Assembly: GCA_013331945.1 (NCBI GenBank)
Contig: DUFK01000038.1
Coordinates: forward strand, 13,344 to 46,095
Direction of reading: 5' to 3'
DNA length: 32,752 nucleotides
Origin: Nanobdellota archaeon
GTDB taxonomy: Archaea > Nanobdellota > Nanobdellia > Pacearchaeales > UBA12030
The notes under the pieces were generated by a model. That model was given only the letters and a program-made list of their open reading frames with translations. It searched no databases and was not told the DNA's origin. The translations under genes and the position numbers were made by a program. Below, piece after piece: positions 1-8,794 of this stretch. How positions within the stretch are numbered: position 1 is the stretch's first letter; each line of letters opens with the position of its first letter.

Positions 1-794
1 AAAAGAGAGGCCATTCCTTGCGCTGAAAGCGGATTCACGATGAACAAGTGCGAGGTCGCTTCTGTGACCCCTGTTGCGCGAAGGGGTTTTTTCTTTGAGC
101 TCGATTCAAGCTTTTCAAGCGCGCTCGCAAGAGGCTTTCCATCCTTCAGGAAGTGCGCGCCTGACTCATCTGCCAAGTACTCGCGGCTTCGAGAGATAGA
201 GAGCTGTATAAGCATCGCTGCTATTGGCGCGAGAATTGTTGCGAGAATAAGGCCGACAATGCCTAAAATACTTCTGTCCTCGCGATCAGAGAATGCAGAA
301 ATGCGGGCGAAGAGGGCCACGTATGATATAACTCCAGCGATGGTCGCTGCAATTGTGCTTATCAGGATATCACGATTCTTTACGTGCGCCATTTCATGCG
401 CGAGAACTCCCTTGAGCTCTTCGCGGGAAAGATCCTGCATAATCCCTTCTGTGACTGCGACAACTGCGTTCTGAGGATTGCGGCCTGTGGCAAATGCATT
501 TGAGATCGGCATTGGCACGATGTAAACGCGAGGTTTAGGAACTCCTGCCTTCTTTGCGACATCGGAAACCATAGAATGGAGCCATGCATGCTTCTTATGA
601 TCGGCTTCCTTTGCCTTGTACATCATCAGCACAATCTTGTCTGAAAAAAAGTAAGTGCCGAAGTTCATCAGCACTGAAAAGATGAGTGCAAAGGTGAGTC
701 CTGTGCTTCCTCCGAGAAGCCATCCTATAAGAAGAAGGATTCCCGTAAGCGCTCCCAGCAGGAGCGCTGTCTTGATTTGATTGAATGCCCCCAT
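1..794 (-). CDS. htpX: Zinc metalloprotease HtpX (M48), 3' end runs off the window
   Basis: Not in the ORF track. Manual minus-strand translation from ATG 794: MGAFNQIKTALLLGALTG...NAFATGRNPQNAVVAVTEG...GVLAHEMAHVKNRD...ISRSREYLAD...HLFIVNP, with the HExxH and REYxAD motifs of HtpX. Confidence 0.95.
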   Translation of the reverse strand, partial: MGAFNQIKTALLLGALTGILLLIGWLLGGSTGLTFALIFSVLMNFGTYFFSDKIVLMMYKAKEADHKKHAWLHSMVSDVAKKAGVPKPRVYIVPMPISNAFATGRNPQNAVVAVTEGIMQDLSREELKGVLAHEMAHVKNRDILISTIAATIAGVISYVALFARISAFSDREDRSILGIVGLILATILAPIAAMLIQLSISRSREYLADESGAHFLKDGKPLASALEKLESSSKKKPLRATGVTEATSHLFIVNPLSAQGMASL

Positions 795-833
795 TTTGTT
801 TTTCCCTTGCTTTATCTAAAAGAGATTTATTGT

Positions 834-1463
834 TTAAAAGCTTTGTGAAACGACTGCCCTGCCCTCGCGAGAAATAAGATTGAGAGCTTCTTCGTAGCCG
901 AGAGGCTGGATGTCTCTCTCATCGAGCTTTGGCTTTACTTCTGCCAACTCTTTCTCATCTAGAGAGACACAAAGCTCGGGGAGGTAGAATATTTCCCCAC
1001 CATCTTTCCTAAAATGTCTGCCGAAGTAATCTGCTGCATTTGCAAGGCAATTCTCAAGAATTCCACCAATGAAGAGCACGGAGGAATGCCCAGCAACTTT
1101 TTCAGCCAGATCTGAATGTGTAGTATAAACTTCTCGGAGGCCCCGCCAAAATTCATCAGAGATCTCTTCGGGCTTTCTATCCGGAAGAGGCACACCTAAG
1201 GAAGTAGTAGTGATTACCTCATTTCTTTCATCGTAGAGGCATTTGTAGGTAGGGTCGCTCAGAAGCGCTGACTCCCTAAGCGCATCTGAAATGAAATCTC
1301 CATCAGAATACTTGTGCACAAGAACCTTTGTGCCGGAATCGAGTGCGTTTTGCACAAAGGAAGAGACTCTTTCATCTCTTTCCTTGTACGGCTCATAAGG
1401 GCCTATCATCAAAGTCTCATTGACTTGCTTAAATGCATATGGATGAATTATGTTGAGCAACAT
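834..1463 (-). CDS. Hypothetical protein, possible isochorismatase/cysteine-hydrolase-like fold
   Basis: Start taken at ATG 1463 (MLLNIIHP). VLFIGGILENCL...EIFYLPELCVS resembles the GxxxxxC nucleophile region of cysteine hydrolases; the fold call is weak. Confidence 0.6.
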   Translation of the reverse strand: MLLNIIHPYAFKQVNETLMIGPYEPYKERDERVSSFVQNALDSGTKVLVHKYSDGDFISDALRESALLSDPTYKCLYDERNEVITTTSLGVPLPDRKPEEISDEFWRGLREVYTTHSDLAEKVAGHSSVLFIGGILENCLANAADYFGRHFRKDGGEIFYLPELCVSLDEKELAEVKPKLDERDIQPLGYEEALNLISREGRAVVSQSF

Positions 1464-1572
1464 TTTTTCCCCTGTAGCCCCTAGAACCCCAAAGAATAAA
1501 CTCAAAATAAAAGTATAATAAAAAAATAAAAATAATGCATCGAATAATCTATCCGATAAAGAGACTAATCCC

Positions 1573-1746
1573 TTAGTACTTCTTTTTCTTCATATAACAT
1601 TCTTTGCAATAGACTGGCTTACCATCTGCAGGCTTGAAAGGAACTTCACATTCCTGTCCGCATTCAGAGCAAGTTGCCTTGTGCATTTCTCTTGGGCCGA
1701 AGCTTCTCTTGAATCCGCCTCCGCCGCCCCTGTTGAAATCTCTCAT
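1573..1746 (-). CDS. CxxC-x17-CxxC zinc-ribbon protein (57 aa)
   Basis: MRDFNRGGGGGFKRSFGPREMHKATCSECGQECEVPFKPADGKPVYCKECY matches this family; AGGAG SD-like sequence lies just upstream of ATG 1746. Confidence 0.92.
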   Translation of the reverse strand: MRDFNRGGGGGFKRSFGPREMHKATCSECGQECEVPFKPADGKPVYCKECYMKKKKY

Positions 1747-1943
1747 GTTTTCTCCTATATTTTCTCGTATTGACACAATCATCCCGTTAAGGACATTTGT
1801 GCGTGGGAAAGACAATAAACACTTATTTAAAAAAGTATCTGTTTTGGCGGCCTTGCACACAAGCTAGGTTCTGCACATAAATGGGGGCGGGGATTGCACA
1901 TGAAAGAGAAGTCTATTTTGGTGGAGGAATTCCGTAACGGTGA

Positions 1944-2429
1944 TTAAATTTCTAATTCTTCATCTAAATTGAACAACATGTTAAAAATCTCGGTGCTTAT
2001 GGTTTTTTCTTTGTATATTTTGCAATACAATATTTTAATTCCTTGCTCAGCCATAACTCTAAGATCTTCCCATATCTCATCTATATTATTTATTACTTTA
2101 TCAATACCATACTTAGAGATTAATATTGAGATCAGAAACGTTAATTTCTCCTCACTAAAATCGCTGAGCCGTCCCATATCAGAAGTTTTTCTAGTTTTCA
2201 CCACAGTCTCACAATCAGAAAAAGTATTTTCCTTTATTTTATCGGTGTATTTGTAAGCTATGATGATAGATAGAAATATTATCTCTTGTTTTCCGATTCC
2301 GTATTCATTCCAAGCTTTTGCTAATGGGTCTAGATACGCTGCATTTATACTCTCGCTAATAAGTAAATCTCTCTTTATCAGTTTTTTTTCTACATTATTT
2401 GCTATAAATTCTTTTACGTTTTTAGCCAT
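1944..2429 (-). CDS. Dnd-associated protein 4 / PbeD-like small helical protein
   Basis: Last gene of the operon, overlapping the ATPase stop by 8 nt. EIIFLSIIIAY and LRVMAEQGIKIL recall the E-x-YANGGxxxL-type C-terminal motif of this family, recognised from memory. Confidence 0.6.
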   Translation of the reverse strand: MAKNVKEFIANNVEKKLIKRDLLISESINAAYLDPLAKAWNEYGIGKQEIIFLSIIIAYKYTDKIKENTFSDCETVVKTRKTSDMGRLSDFSEEKLTFLISILISKYGIDKVINNIDEIWEDLRVMAEQGIKILYCKIYKEKTISTEIFNMLFNLDEELEI

Positions 2430-4413
2430 TTGGTACACCGTGTTGATTAAGTCTTACATTAGTTCCATCATTATTAAGAGTCATAGCAGTAAAGATATTT
2501 TCTTTTGAAGCGGCATAAACCCTATCAAATTTATCATTAGTTGTAAACAATATCACCTGAGCATTTCTAAATAAATCACTCAAATTAGTACTTGCTATCT
2601 CTAAGCTTTCTTTGTCGATGGATGAGAATGGATTGTCCATAAACACAAAGGGTAGTTTGTCTCTACCTCTTTTATCCATAATACGAACAAATGCCGCCAT
2701 TATAATTATACCAAAAAGCTGGTTCTGACCTCCCGTTAAATAATGTTTGGTAGAGCCCTTCTCTACAAATTTAAAATCTATGTTATTATTATCGGTTGTT
2801 ATTCTAACATTTAATTCAGAAATTTTATTGTTTTGTTCTATTAGGGAGTTGATCTCAGTTTCCAATTCTGAGGCTATGTTATTTAGTATTTCTTTATTGA
2901 ATCTGTCGAATATTTTTTTGAGATACTCCCCAGTCTTAATATATCTGTTTAAGGTGGTAATCTCTTCACTCTTATCCGATATTTTTTCGCGTTCCTGTTT
3001 TAGTCTAGAAATTTCACTTTCAAATCTTCCAATATTACCTCGATAGACCTCTATGTTTCTCTCAGCATCGCGAATTTCGTCGCTCAGAGTCGTAAATTTG
3101 TTTAGGTTACTTTTATATGAGTTAACATCAATTTTACCTTTCGGTAGTTCCCTTTGAACTTCGTTTTTAAGTCTGATAATCTCGGCTCGTTTCTCATTAC
3201 ATTTCTTTATCTCTTCAGCCCTATCAAGTATTGATTGCTTTTTTTCATCTATAGCTTTCAAGATTTCTGGTATCCTAAATATTAAGTCTAACAAGAAGTC
3301 CAAGCGCTCTTCTGATTCAGCAACCATCAGCTCAGAACTGATTGATTTTTCCTCTTCCGAGCCTTCCTTAATGGGAGTTCCACAGACACATTTCTTCCTT
3401 TCTAACAAGTGAGTTAGAAATATCTGGCGGACATTAGCCGGTAAACTTTTTACTTTTGGTTCTTTTTTTACTATTGCATTCGCTCTTTGCAAAATTAATT
3501 TTCCGTTTATCAAATAAGCATTGGTCAAGATATTTGTATAATTAAGATTATTCTCTTTTTTTAGTTGTTCTTCTATCTCTTTTTCCTTTTCTTCTAATAC
3601 ACTGAACTGCTTCATAGCCTCCTGGAGATCATGGGATTTACTTAATTCCTCTTGCAAAATATCACGTTGGGATATAAATTCTACTTTTGTTTTTTCCTCT
3701 TCAGCTATTTTCTTCTTCTCAGCTTCACTTAATTCTAACCGTGTGGCAATCTCTTCACTAATATCATTCATTCTGCTACTCTGTTTAGGCATTTTACTTG
3801 ATGATCTGTACCACTCTTCAACTAGCTCCCCCACTAACTCACTCACATTTTCTATTTTTTCTATGTTGAACAGTTTCCTAAGTCCATCTCTTATCTTTAA
3901 ATTACTATTTGTGGCCGTGTGTTGAAGATATTCTCCATCAAAAAGGTAAAATTGGATAAGATCTTTTGGTAAAAATTGACTTAGAAATTTATAATCATTA
4001 GATATACCTAACTTTTCTCCAGCACGGTAAGCATTTATAGTAAAATCGGTACTAGTTGGATATGTTGCACCTTTAATAAATGTGGATGCTCTTCTTATAC
4101 TCAAGCTGTCTATTTCATTATTCTCAGGTATTTTAATGTCCATCTCTACTTCGACAAGAGTTTTATCTCTAATATAAGACAATTCATTTGGTATCGGCTT
4201 CTCATCCTTCTCCTCTGTTTTAGTTCCTAGTAGAAATTGTGTTTCAACGCCATAAAGACACCATCCTACCGCATTAAATAGTGTTGTTTTTCCAGCTTTT
4301 ATCTCACCGGTAGACAAATTGATGTTCTTATTACCATTAGGTTCAAGACCAAATTTTATTTTAGCCTCTTTATAGCATCTGTAATTTTTCAATCGAATCT
4401 GTTTTATGTACAT
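2422..4413 (-). CDS. SMC/Rad50-like ABC ATPase, DndD/PbeC-like, with CxC zinc hook
   Basis: MYIKQIRLKNYR start, Walker A GEIKAGKTT, FYLFDGE, long coiled coils centred on CVCG, signature LTGGQ, Walker B/D-loop FVFMDNPFSSID. Confidence 0.88.
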   Translation of the reverse strand: MYIKQIRLKNYRCYKEAKIKFGLEPNGNKNINLSTGEIKAGKTTLFNAVGWCLYGVETQFLLGTKTEEKDEKPIPNELSYIRDKTLVEVEMDIKIPENNEIDSLSIRRASTFIKGATYPTSTDFTINAYRAGEKLGISNDYKFLSQFLPKDLIQFYLFDGEYLQHTATNSNLKIRDGLRKLFNIEKIENVSELVGELVEEWYRSSSKMPKQSSRMNDISEEIATRLELSEAEKKKIAEEEKTKVEFISQRDILQEELSKSHDLQEAMKQFSVLEEKEKEIEEQLKKENNLNYTNILTNAYLINGKLILQRANAIVKKEPKVKSLPANVRQIFLTHLLERKKCVCGTPIKEGSEEEKSISSELMVAESEERLDFLLDLIFRIPEILKAIDEKKQSILDRAEEIKKCNEKRAEIIRLKNEVQRELPKGKIDVNSYKSNLNKFTTLSDEIRDAERNIEVYRGNIGRFESEISRLKQEREKISDKSEEITTLNRYIKTGEYLKKIFDRFNKEILNNIASELETEINSLIEQNNKISELNVRITTDNNNIDFKFVEKGSTKHYLTGGQNQLFGIIIMAAFVRIMDKRGRDKLPFVFMDNPFSSIDKESLEIASTNLSDLFRNAQVILFTTNDKFDRVYAASKENIFTAMTLNNDGTNVRLNQHGVPNG

Positions 4414-4419
4414 AGGAAG

Positions 4420-4629
4420 CTACTCTCCTTCTATAAGTAATTTTATCCTCTTTTTTATTTCATCGTTGTCTAGATTCCTCGTTCCAAGAAGAGACAATAA
4501 GGGATATAGGTGCTCTGCTTTTCTTTTAACTGCATCTTTTAATCCCCCATCTTCTTCCTGTCTTAATTCTTCATCTATCATGGAATTCAACAATTCCATC
4601 TCTGGTTTGTTGGATTTTTCAGCTTTCAT
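4420..4629 (-). CDS. Small acidic helical protein (PbeB-like position)
   Basis: 69-aa ORF exactly filling the gap between helicase and ATPase (11-nt overlap upstream, 6-nt gap downstream). Confidence 0.75.
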   Translation of the reverse strand: MKAEKSNKPEMELLNSMIDEELRQEEDGGLKDAVKRKAEHLYPLLSLLGTRNLDNDEIKKRIKLLIEGE

Positions 4630-6670
4630 ATTTTCTCACATTATTAATTATGCTATATACGTCTATATTTAAAAGTTTACCTATATTTTCTAGTTCAGTA
4701 TAGCAATCGGACTTATTATGGGAAGATATGCTAAAAATAGCTAATCTTCTGAACTCACTTGCTGTAACCCTTTCTTCTACTTTTTTGAATTCATTATCCT
4801 TTTGATTTTTAGTATTGACTAATACACAAATATCGTATATTTCGGCCATTTTTTTACCTTCAGATTTTCTCAGTATTCTGCCTCTTCGCTGAATAAATTG
4901 TTTTGAATTTCCAGAACTAGAAATAAAAATAGCTCTGCTAAGTCTTTTAATATTTACTCCCTCATCTAATACTTTCATGGCAATAACACAATCTATTTTA
5001 TTTTCTGATAAATCTTTAAGAATAAGATCTCTATCTTCGTCCTTTGTTGATCCGTCAATTTTCCTATATTCGATATCGAATTTATCCATCATAGTTAAAT
5101 ATTCTGATAGTTGCTCCCCATCTTCCACGTAAACAAGCAAAGAATTAAGTTTATTCTCTTCTTTTAGTTTATGCAATATCTGTTCGAATACTTCAATCTT
5201 GTTTTTTGCTTTTTTAACAATCTTGGCCCTTTCTGTTAGAATCAACATTAAACGATCATCTTCCAATTTAGTATTTCCTTTAATCTGAATACCTCTTAAG
5301 TATTTTTTAGTAAGTTCTTGGTATTCTTTTGTTTCATTTTTGGATAGGTAGGCAAAAAACATATAGTAGTCATAGGGGGTTAACCACCCATCACGTATCG
5401 CTTCTTTCAGTTGGTATTTAAATATTACATCTTTGAAATAATCCAAAAGCTTTTGGGTACCATCAATATCGAAATATCTTACTGGTGTTGCTGTAAGCCC
5501 AAGCTTATATGTATATTTGCCTGAGAGAGCATAGGAAAGATTTTCAGCGCCTAACCAATGTGCTTCATCAGCTATAAATAATACTTCACCTTTATATTTT
5601 GCTAGGATGCTATTAATAAACCACGACTTTGATAGTGAGACATAAGTGCCAATGACAATACGGTTGGTTTGTTGTGAGTCTAAGATGGATCTGTAAATAG
5701 CATCTTTTGTTTCGTCTTTTGAAATTATTATCAAATCAAAATTTTCTACATAATTAATTATATCCTTCTTCCATTGAGATACCAATACTTTAGTAGGACA
5801 ACCTATAATAACTAAAAGGTTACTTGGATGTTTATCGCCCATATATTTGATGCAGGAAATTGCTAAATTAGTCTTTCCTGTTCCTGTAGCCATCTCAACT
5901 ATCCCGGAGTATTTATTTTGTACCCATTTATTCTCTGCAACTTGTTGATGTGGCCACAGTGGAGGTAGCTGTCTAATTGATTTTCTAATCATATTTTCAG
6001 ACCCCTTATACGCCTTTGTGATAGTATTCTTGAACTTTTCAGGCATATCTACGATTAGATAATCCCGCCTATTTATCCTACCTTCCCAATAATTATCAAA
6101 ATATGCGGAATCACTTTCCAAATACTTCCGTTCTTCAGGTATCCAGCTTCTGAAGACTTTAAATTCTTCAATATTATCAGTCAACCCTTCGTATGTCTCA
6201 TTAATTGATCCAGAAAAGCTTATCTTATCACCTACATCATCTGTAAAAATACCAAATTTCAAATGAAAAATACCTTTCCCCCTACATATAACAAATTTTA
6301 TCTCAAGCCGATTGGTAGCTATTAAATACGCTAAAGCTGAGACATTTTTATCGTTCATAAGCTCACGAAGTTTCGCTTCGTCATCTATTTTCATAGACTT
6401 TAATATCTCCTCTGGTTCTTTTTTTGCATGAAGAATTGCTTCAAAATCCTCATTAGAAACTAAATAAGAGACTAATAATTTCATTGTTCCGTCTTTATTG
6501 ATCATAGCTGACAATCCTTCAGCTATTAATTTTAAGGAATTAGAAGAGTAGTATGCAGATACTCGTTTGTAAGATTTTGATATTTTGAGGACAGGTGTAA
6601 AGAAATCGCTAACGATATCTGTTTCATCCGAATTATACTTGATATCTAAATTTAATTCTTTAAATGTCAT
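4619..6670 (-). CDS. PLD/HKD nuclease fused to SF2 DEAH helicase (PbeA / dnd-associated restriction enzyme-like)
   Basis: HLKFGIFTD...FSGSINET (HKD + GSxN), Q-motif LWPHQ, MATGTGKT, IADEAH, LTATP, VLDEGVNI, QFIQRRGRILR. Confidence 0.9.
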   Translation of the reverse strand: MTFKELNLDIKYNSDETDIVSDFFTPVLKISKSYKRVSAYYSSNSLKLIAEGLSAMINKDGTMKLLVSYLVSNEDFEAILHAKKEPEEILKSMKIDDEAKLRELMNDKNVSALAYLIATNRLEIKFVICRGKGIFHLKFGIFTDDVGDKISFSGSINETYEGLTDNIEEFKVFRSWIPEERKYLESDSAYFDNYWEGRINRRDYLIVDMPEKFKNTITKAYKGSENMIRKSIRQLPPLWPHQQVAENKWVQNKYSGIVEMATGTGKTNLAISCIKYMGDKHPSNLLVIIGCPTKVLVSQWKKDIINYVENFDLIIISKDETKDAIYRSILDSQQTNRIVIGTYVSLSKSWFINSILAKYKGEVLFIADEAHWLGAENLSYALSGKYTYKLGLTATPVRYFDIDGTQKLLDYFKDVIFKYQLKEAIRDGWLTPYDYYMFFAYLSKNETKEYQELTKKYLRGIQIKGNTKLEDDRLMLILTERAKIVKKAKNKIEVFEQILHKLKEENKLNSLLVYVEDGEQLSEYLTMMDKFDIEYRKIDGSTKDEDRDLILKDLSENKIDCVIAMKVLDEGVNIKRLSRAIFISSSGNSKQFIQRRGRILRKSEGKKMAEIYDICVLVNTKNQKDNEFKKVEERVTASEFRRLAIFSISSHNKSDCYTELENIGKLLNIDVYSIINNVRKYES

Positions 6671-6671
6671 T

Positions 6672-7574
6672 TTATTCCTTTGGTCGATTTTTATAGTTAA
6701 AAATAAACAGTTCCTTCCCTACACGTGCTTTCTTTTGTTGTAGATTACGTGTGCTATTATTTATGCTATATCTCAAATTCCATCTATGTATATTCAGCTC
6801 TACCGAGTTTACAAGATTGTATGACCTCTGCACGCCAGAACAATTATCATAAGTAATAAGCCATTTATGCTTGGAATTTCTTATACATTTGGCAAAACGC
6901 TTGTGCCTAAAATTTATATGAAGAATGCCCCCTGCCCCATATAACTTAGATTTACTATTCGACATGTAGGGGGGATCTAGAAAAATAAATACCTTTTTTC
7001 CTTTATACTTTACAACATCCCAATAGTCTAAATTTGTTATTTTCGTATTTTGTAGAATTTTTGATGCTTCTGATATGCGCTTAATTGAAGAATCTGTAAA
7101 TCGTTTCTCAAATGCCTGTTGTGAATAGCCTCCAGAATCAATTAATCCTGAAAAGGTTATTCTATTTAGAATAAAAAACCTGGCTGCTTTTTGCAGCCCG
7201 GTTATAGTCCTTTTTTTAGATTTAAGGTACGCGTATAGCTCCATCCCATTTTTATACTTATTTTTGTGCTTTCTTATTTCAGTGATTAGTTCTTTTGGGC
7301 TTTCTTTACAATGTTTCCAAAAATAAAATAATTCTGTGTTAATATCATTAATCCAATATTTTTTATTAGGATATTTTTGTTTTAAAGCAAAAAATACAGA
7401 TGCGCCACCCGCCATTGGTTCTCGAAATTCATCGTATTCTGGAACTAATGGCAGTATTCTCTTTAATGCTTTAGACTTACCCCCCGGATACCTTAGTGGA
7501 CTCTTAACAATGTGACAATCCCGCCCATTTTTCTTCTCTCTTTGTAATTGTTCTTCTACTAACGAGTTTGACAT
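6672..7574 (-). CDS. D12-class N6-adenine DNA methyltransferase (Dam-like fold)
   Basis: SPLRYPGGKS, motif I EPMAGGASV, INDIN, catalytic FLDPPY, WLITYD, KELFIFNY. Confidence 0.93.
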   Translation of the reverse strand: MSNSLVEEQLQREKKNGRDCHIVKSPLRYPGGKSKALKRILPLVPEYDEFREPMAGGASVFFALKQKYPNKKYWINDINTELFYFWKHCKESPKELITEIRKHKNKYKNGMELYAYLKSKKRTITGLQKAARFFILNRITFSGLIDSGGYSQQAFEKRFTDSSIKRISEASKILQNTKITNLDYWDVVKYKGKKVFIFLDPPYMSNSKSKLYGAGGILHINFRHKRFAKCIRNSKHKWLITYDNCSGVQRSYNLVNSVELNIHRWNLRYSINNSTRNLQQKKARVGKELFIFNYKNRPKE

Positions 7575-7698
7575 TTTTATTATTTAACTCTTCCTCCCTC
7601 CATTCACAAAGCCATCTATTCTGCTCTCAATATCCTTCTTATCCATAAGCTCTTTAGGTATCCTATATTCCATAGATTTAAAATGTGCCTATATTGCA

Positions 7699-8793
7699 TT
7701 ACCCTTGTTTTGCTTCTTTTGTCCACACATCATAAGCCTCTTTAGGATTTCCATCCCTCTTGATAAGCCCTGCAGAATTGAAAGGAACTTGCACATCCTG
7801 GTCGTAAAGGAAGCTCCAGATGAGGAACTCTGGTCCTGTATCTGTATCTCTAGAAAGGGTAAAAAATCCCTTTACGAAAGCAACTTGTTCTGCCTCATCG
7901 CTCTCGAATCCAGGAATCAGCGAATCGCTCGGCCATCCGATCTCTACGAAGGCAATCATCTTTGATGTGTGTTTCCTGAGTTCAGTATAGTAATCTGCAG
8001 GGATGGCAGAAGGATCCCCATAGATTATCGAGGGATAAGTTGTGAAAACTGCCAAATCTGTGGAAAATTTATCCATCAAAAACCATTCTGCCTTTGAGGC
8101 ATCATTAGTTCCTCCAAATAAACCCCCGTGCAGACCTTTCATCTTCTCAAGCTGGAATACTGTGAAGACCTTTGTTCTGGGTGAGACTTCTTTTATCCCC
8201 GCATAAAGCTCATTGTAGAAAGAAGCGAAATTCTCAAACTCCCGCGGAGATTTCTCGTAAAAGATGTTGCTCTCCAATCCAAGCCCGATATAATCCGGAT
8301 GGTATTTCTCGACGTAATCCAGGGCAAGAGCCTTGTATATGGCCTTGGTCTCTGCATCAAGAGGCCTTATCACTTCTCCATTTTTCTGCTCGAAGAACTG
8401 GAGGAGTAGGATGGGAGTAAATCCATTCTGGGGAGCGAGTTCTGTAACAACAAACGGGGCTGAATTTTCTTTTCCAAGCTCTGCCCAATCTCCAGCCCAA
8501 GTTATGATATCTGCTCCGGATTCATCTGCCTTTGCAAAGAACTCTTGAAAATCTCCAGCCTGGAAACTTTTTGGAGAGAGGCTGAATCCCATAGGTGTTT
8601 GTCCCGCGCTCCCGGCTCCGAACCCTGGGCCCTGTGCCCCTTGCTCTGAGCCCCGCGCTCCCGACCCCGAGCTCCCAGCTCCCGGCCCCGAGCCATCTTT
8701 TCCGCATCCTGCACCTGCTAGAATCAATGATGCAGCGAGGAGAAGAAAAAGAGAAAGCTTGCCCGTGTTCATTTTCGAAATTGTGCTTATCAT
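7699..8793 (-). CDS. Lipoprotein with clan-A-like glycoside hydrolase TIM barrel
   Basis: Hydrophobic signal ending LAGAGC (lipobox), Gly/Ser linker, IGLGLESN (acid/base-like), FTTYP, IAFVEIGWPS (nucleophile-like), GLIKRDGNPKEAYDVW. Start could be 8793 or 8772. Confidence 0.75.
   Translation of the reverse strand: MISTISKMNTGKLSLFLLLAASLILAGAGCGKDGSGPGAGSSGSGARGSEQGAQGPGFGAGSAGQTPMGFSLSPKSFQAGDFQEFFAKADESGADIITWAGDWAELGKENSAPFVVTELAPQNGFTPILLLQFFEQKNGEVIRPLDAETKAIYKALALDYVEKYHPDYIGLGLESNIFYEKSPREFENFASFYNELYAGIKEVSPRTKVFTVFQLEKMKGLHGGLFGGTNDASKAEWFLMDKFSTDLAVFTTYPSIIYGDPSAIPADYYTELRKHTSKMIAFVEIGWPSDSLIPGFESDEAEQVAFVKGFFTLSRDTDTGPEFLIWSFLYDQDVQVPFNSAGLIKRDGNPKEAYDVWTKEAKQG
8602..8692. repeat. 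Degenerate heptamer tandem repeat, 13 x 7 nt, inside the lipoprotein gene
   Basis: tcccgcg ctcccgg ctccgaa ccctggg ccctgtg ccccttg ctctgag ccccgcg ctcccga ccccgag ctcccag ctcccgg ccccgag. Confidence 0.8.
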
Positions 8794-8794
8794 C

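Larger units (their letters stand above)
1944..7690. other. AT-rich defence island (MTase + Pbe/CxC-ATPase-like module)
   Basis: Spot counts of single 60-nt lines gave about 30% GC inside versus 47% and 58% in flanking genes. Five co-oriented genes with gaps or overlaps of 11 nt or less. No integrase or att repeat recognised. Confidence 0.75.

Noticed and set aside
40-589. ORFs 40..474 (+) and 380..589 (-)
   Set aside because: Shadow or off-frame ORFs of htpX, which the track missed because its stop lies outside the window.
1944-7574. Calling the operon a Dnd phosphorothioation system, Rad50/Mre11, Wadjet or Lamassu
   Set aside because: No cysteine desulfurase or DndC; the hook is CxC with no Mre11; no kleisin/KITE or Toprim gene; gene content fits the Pbe-like layout better.
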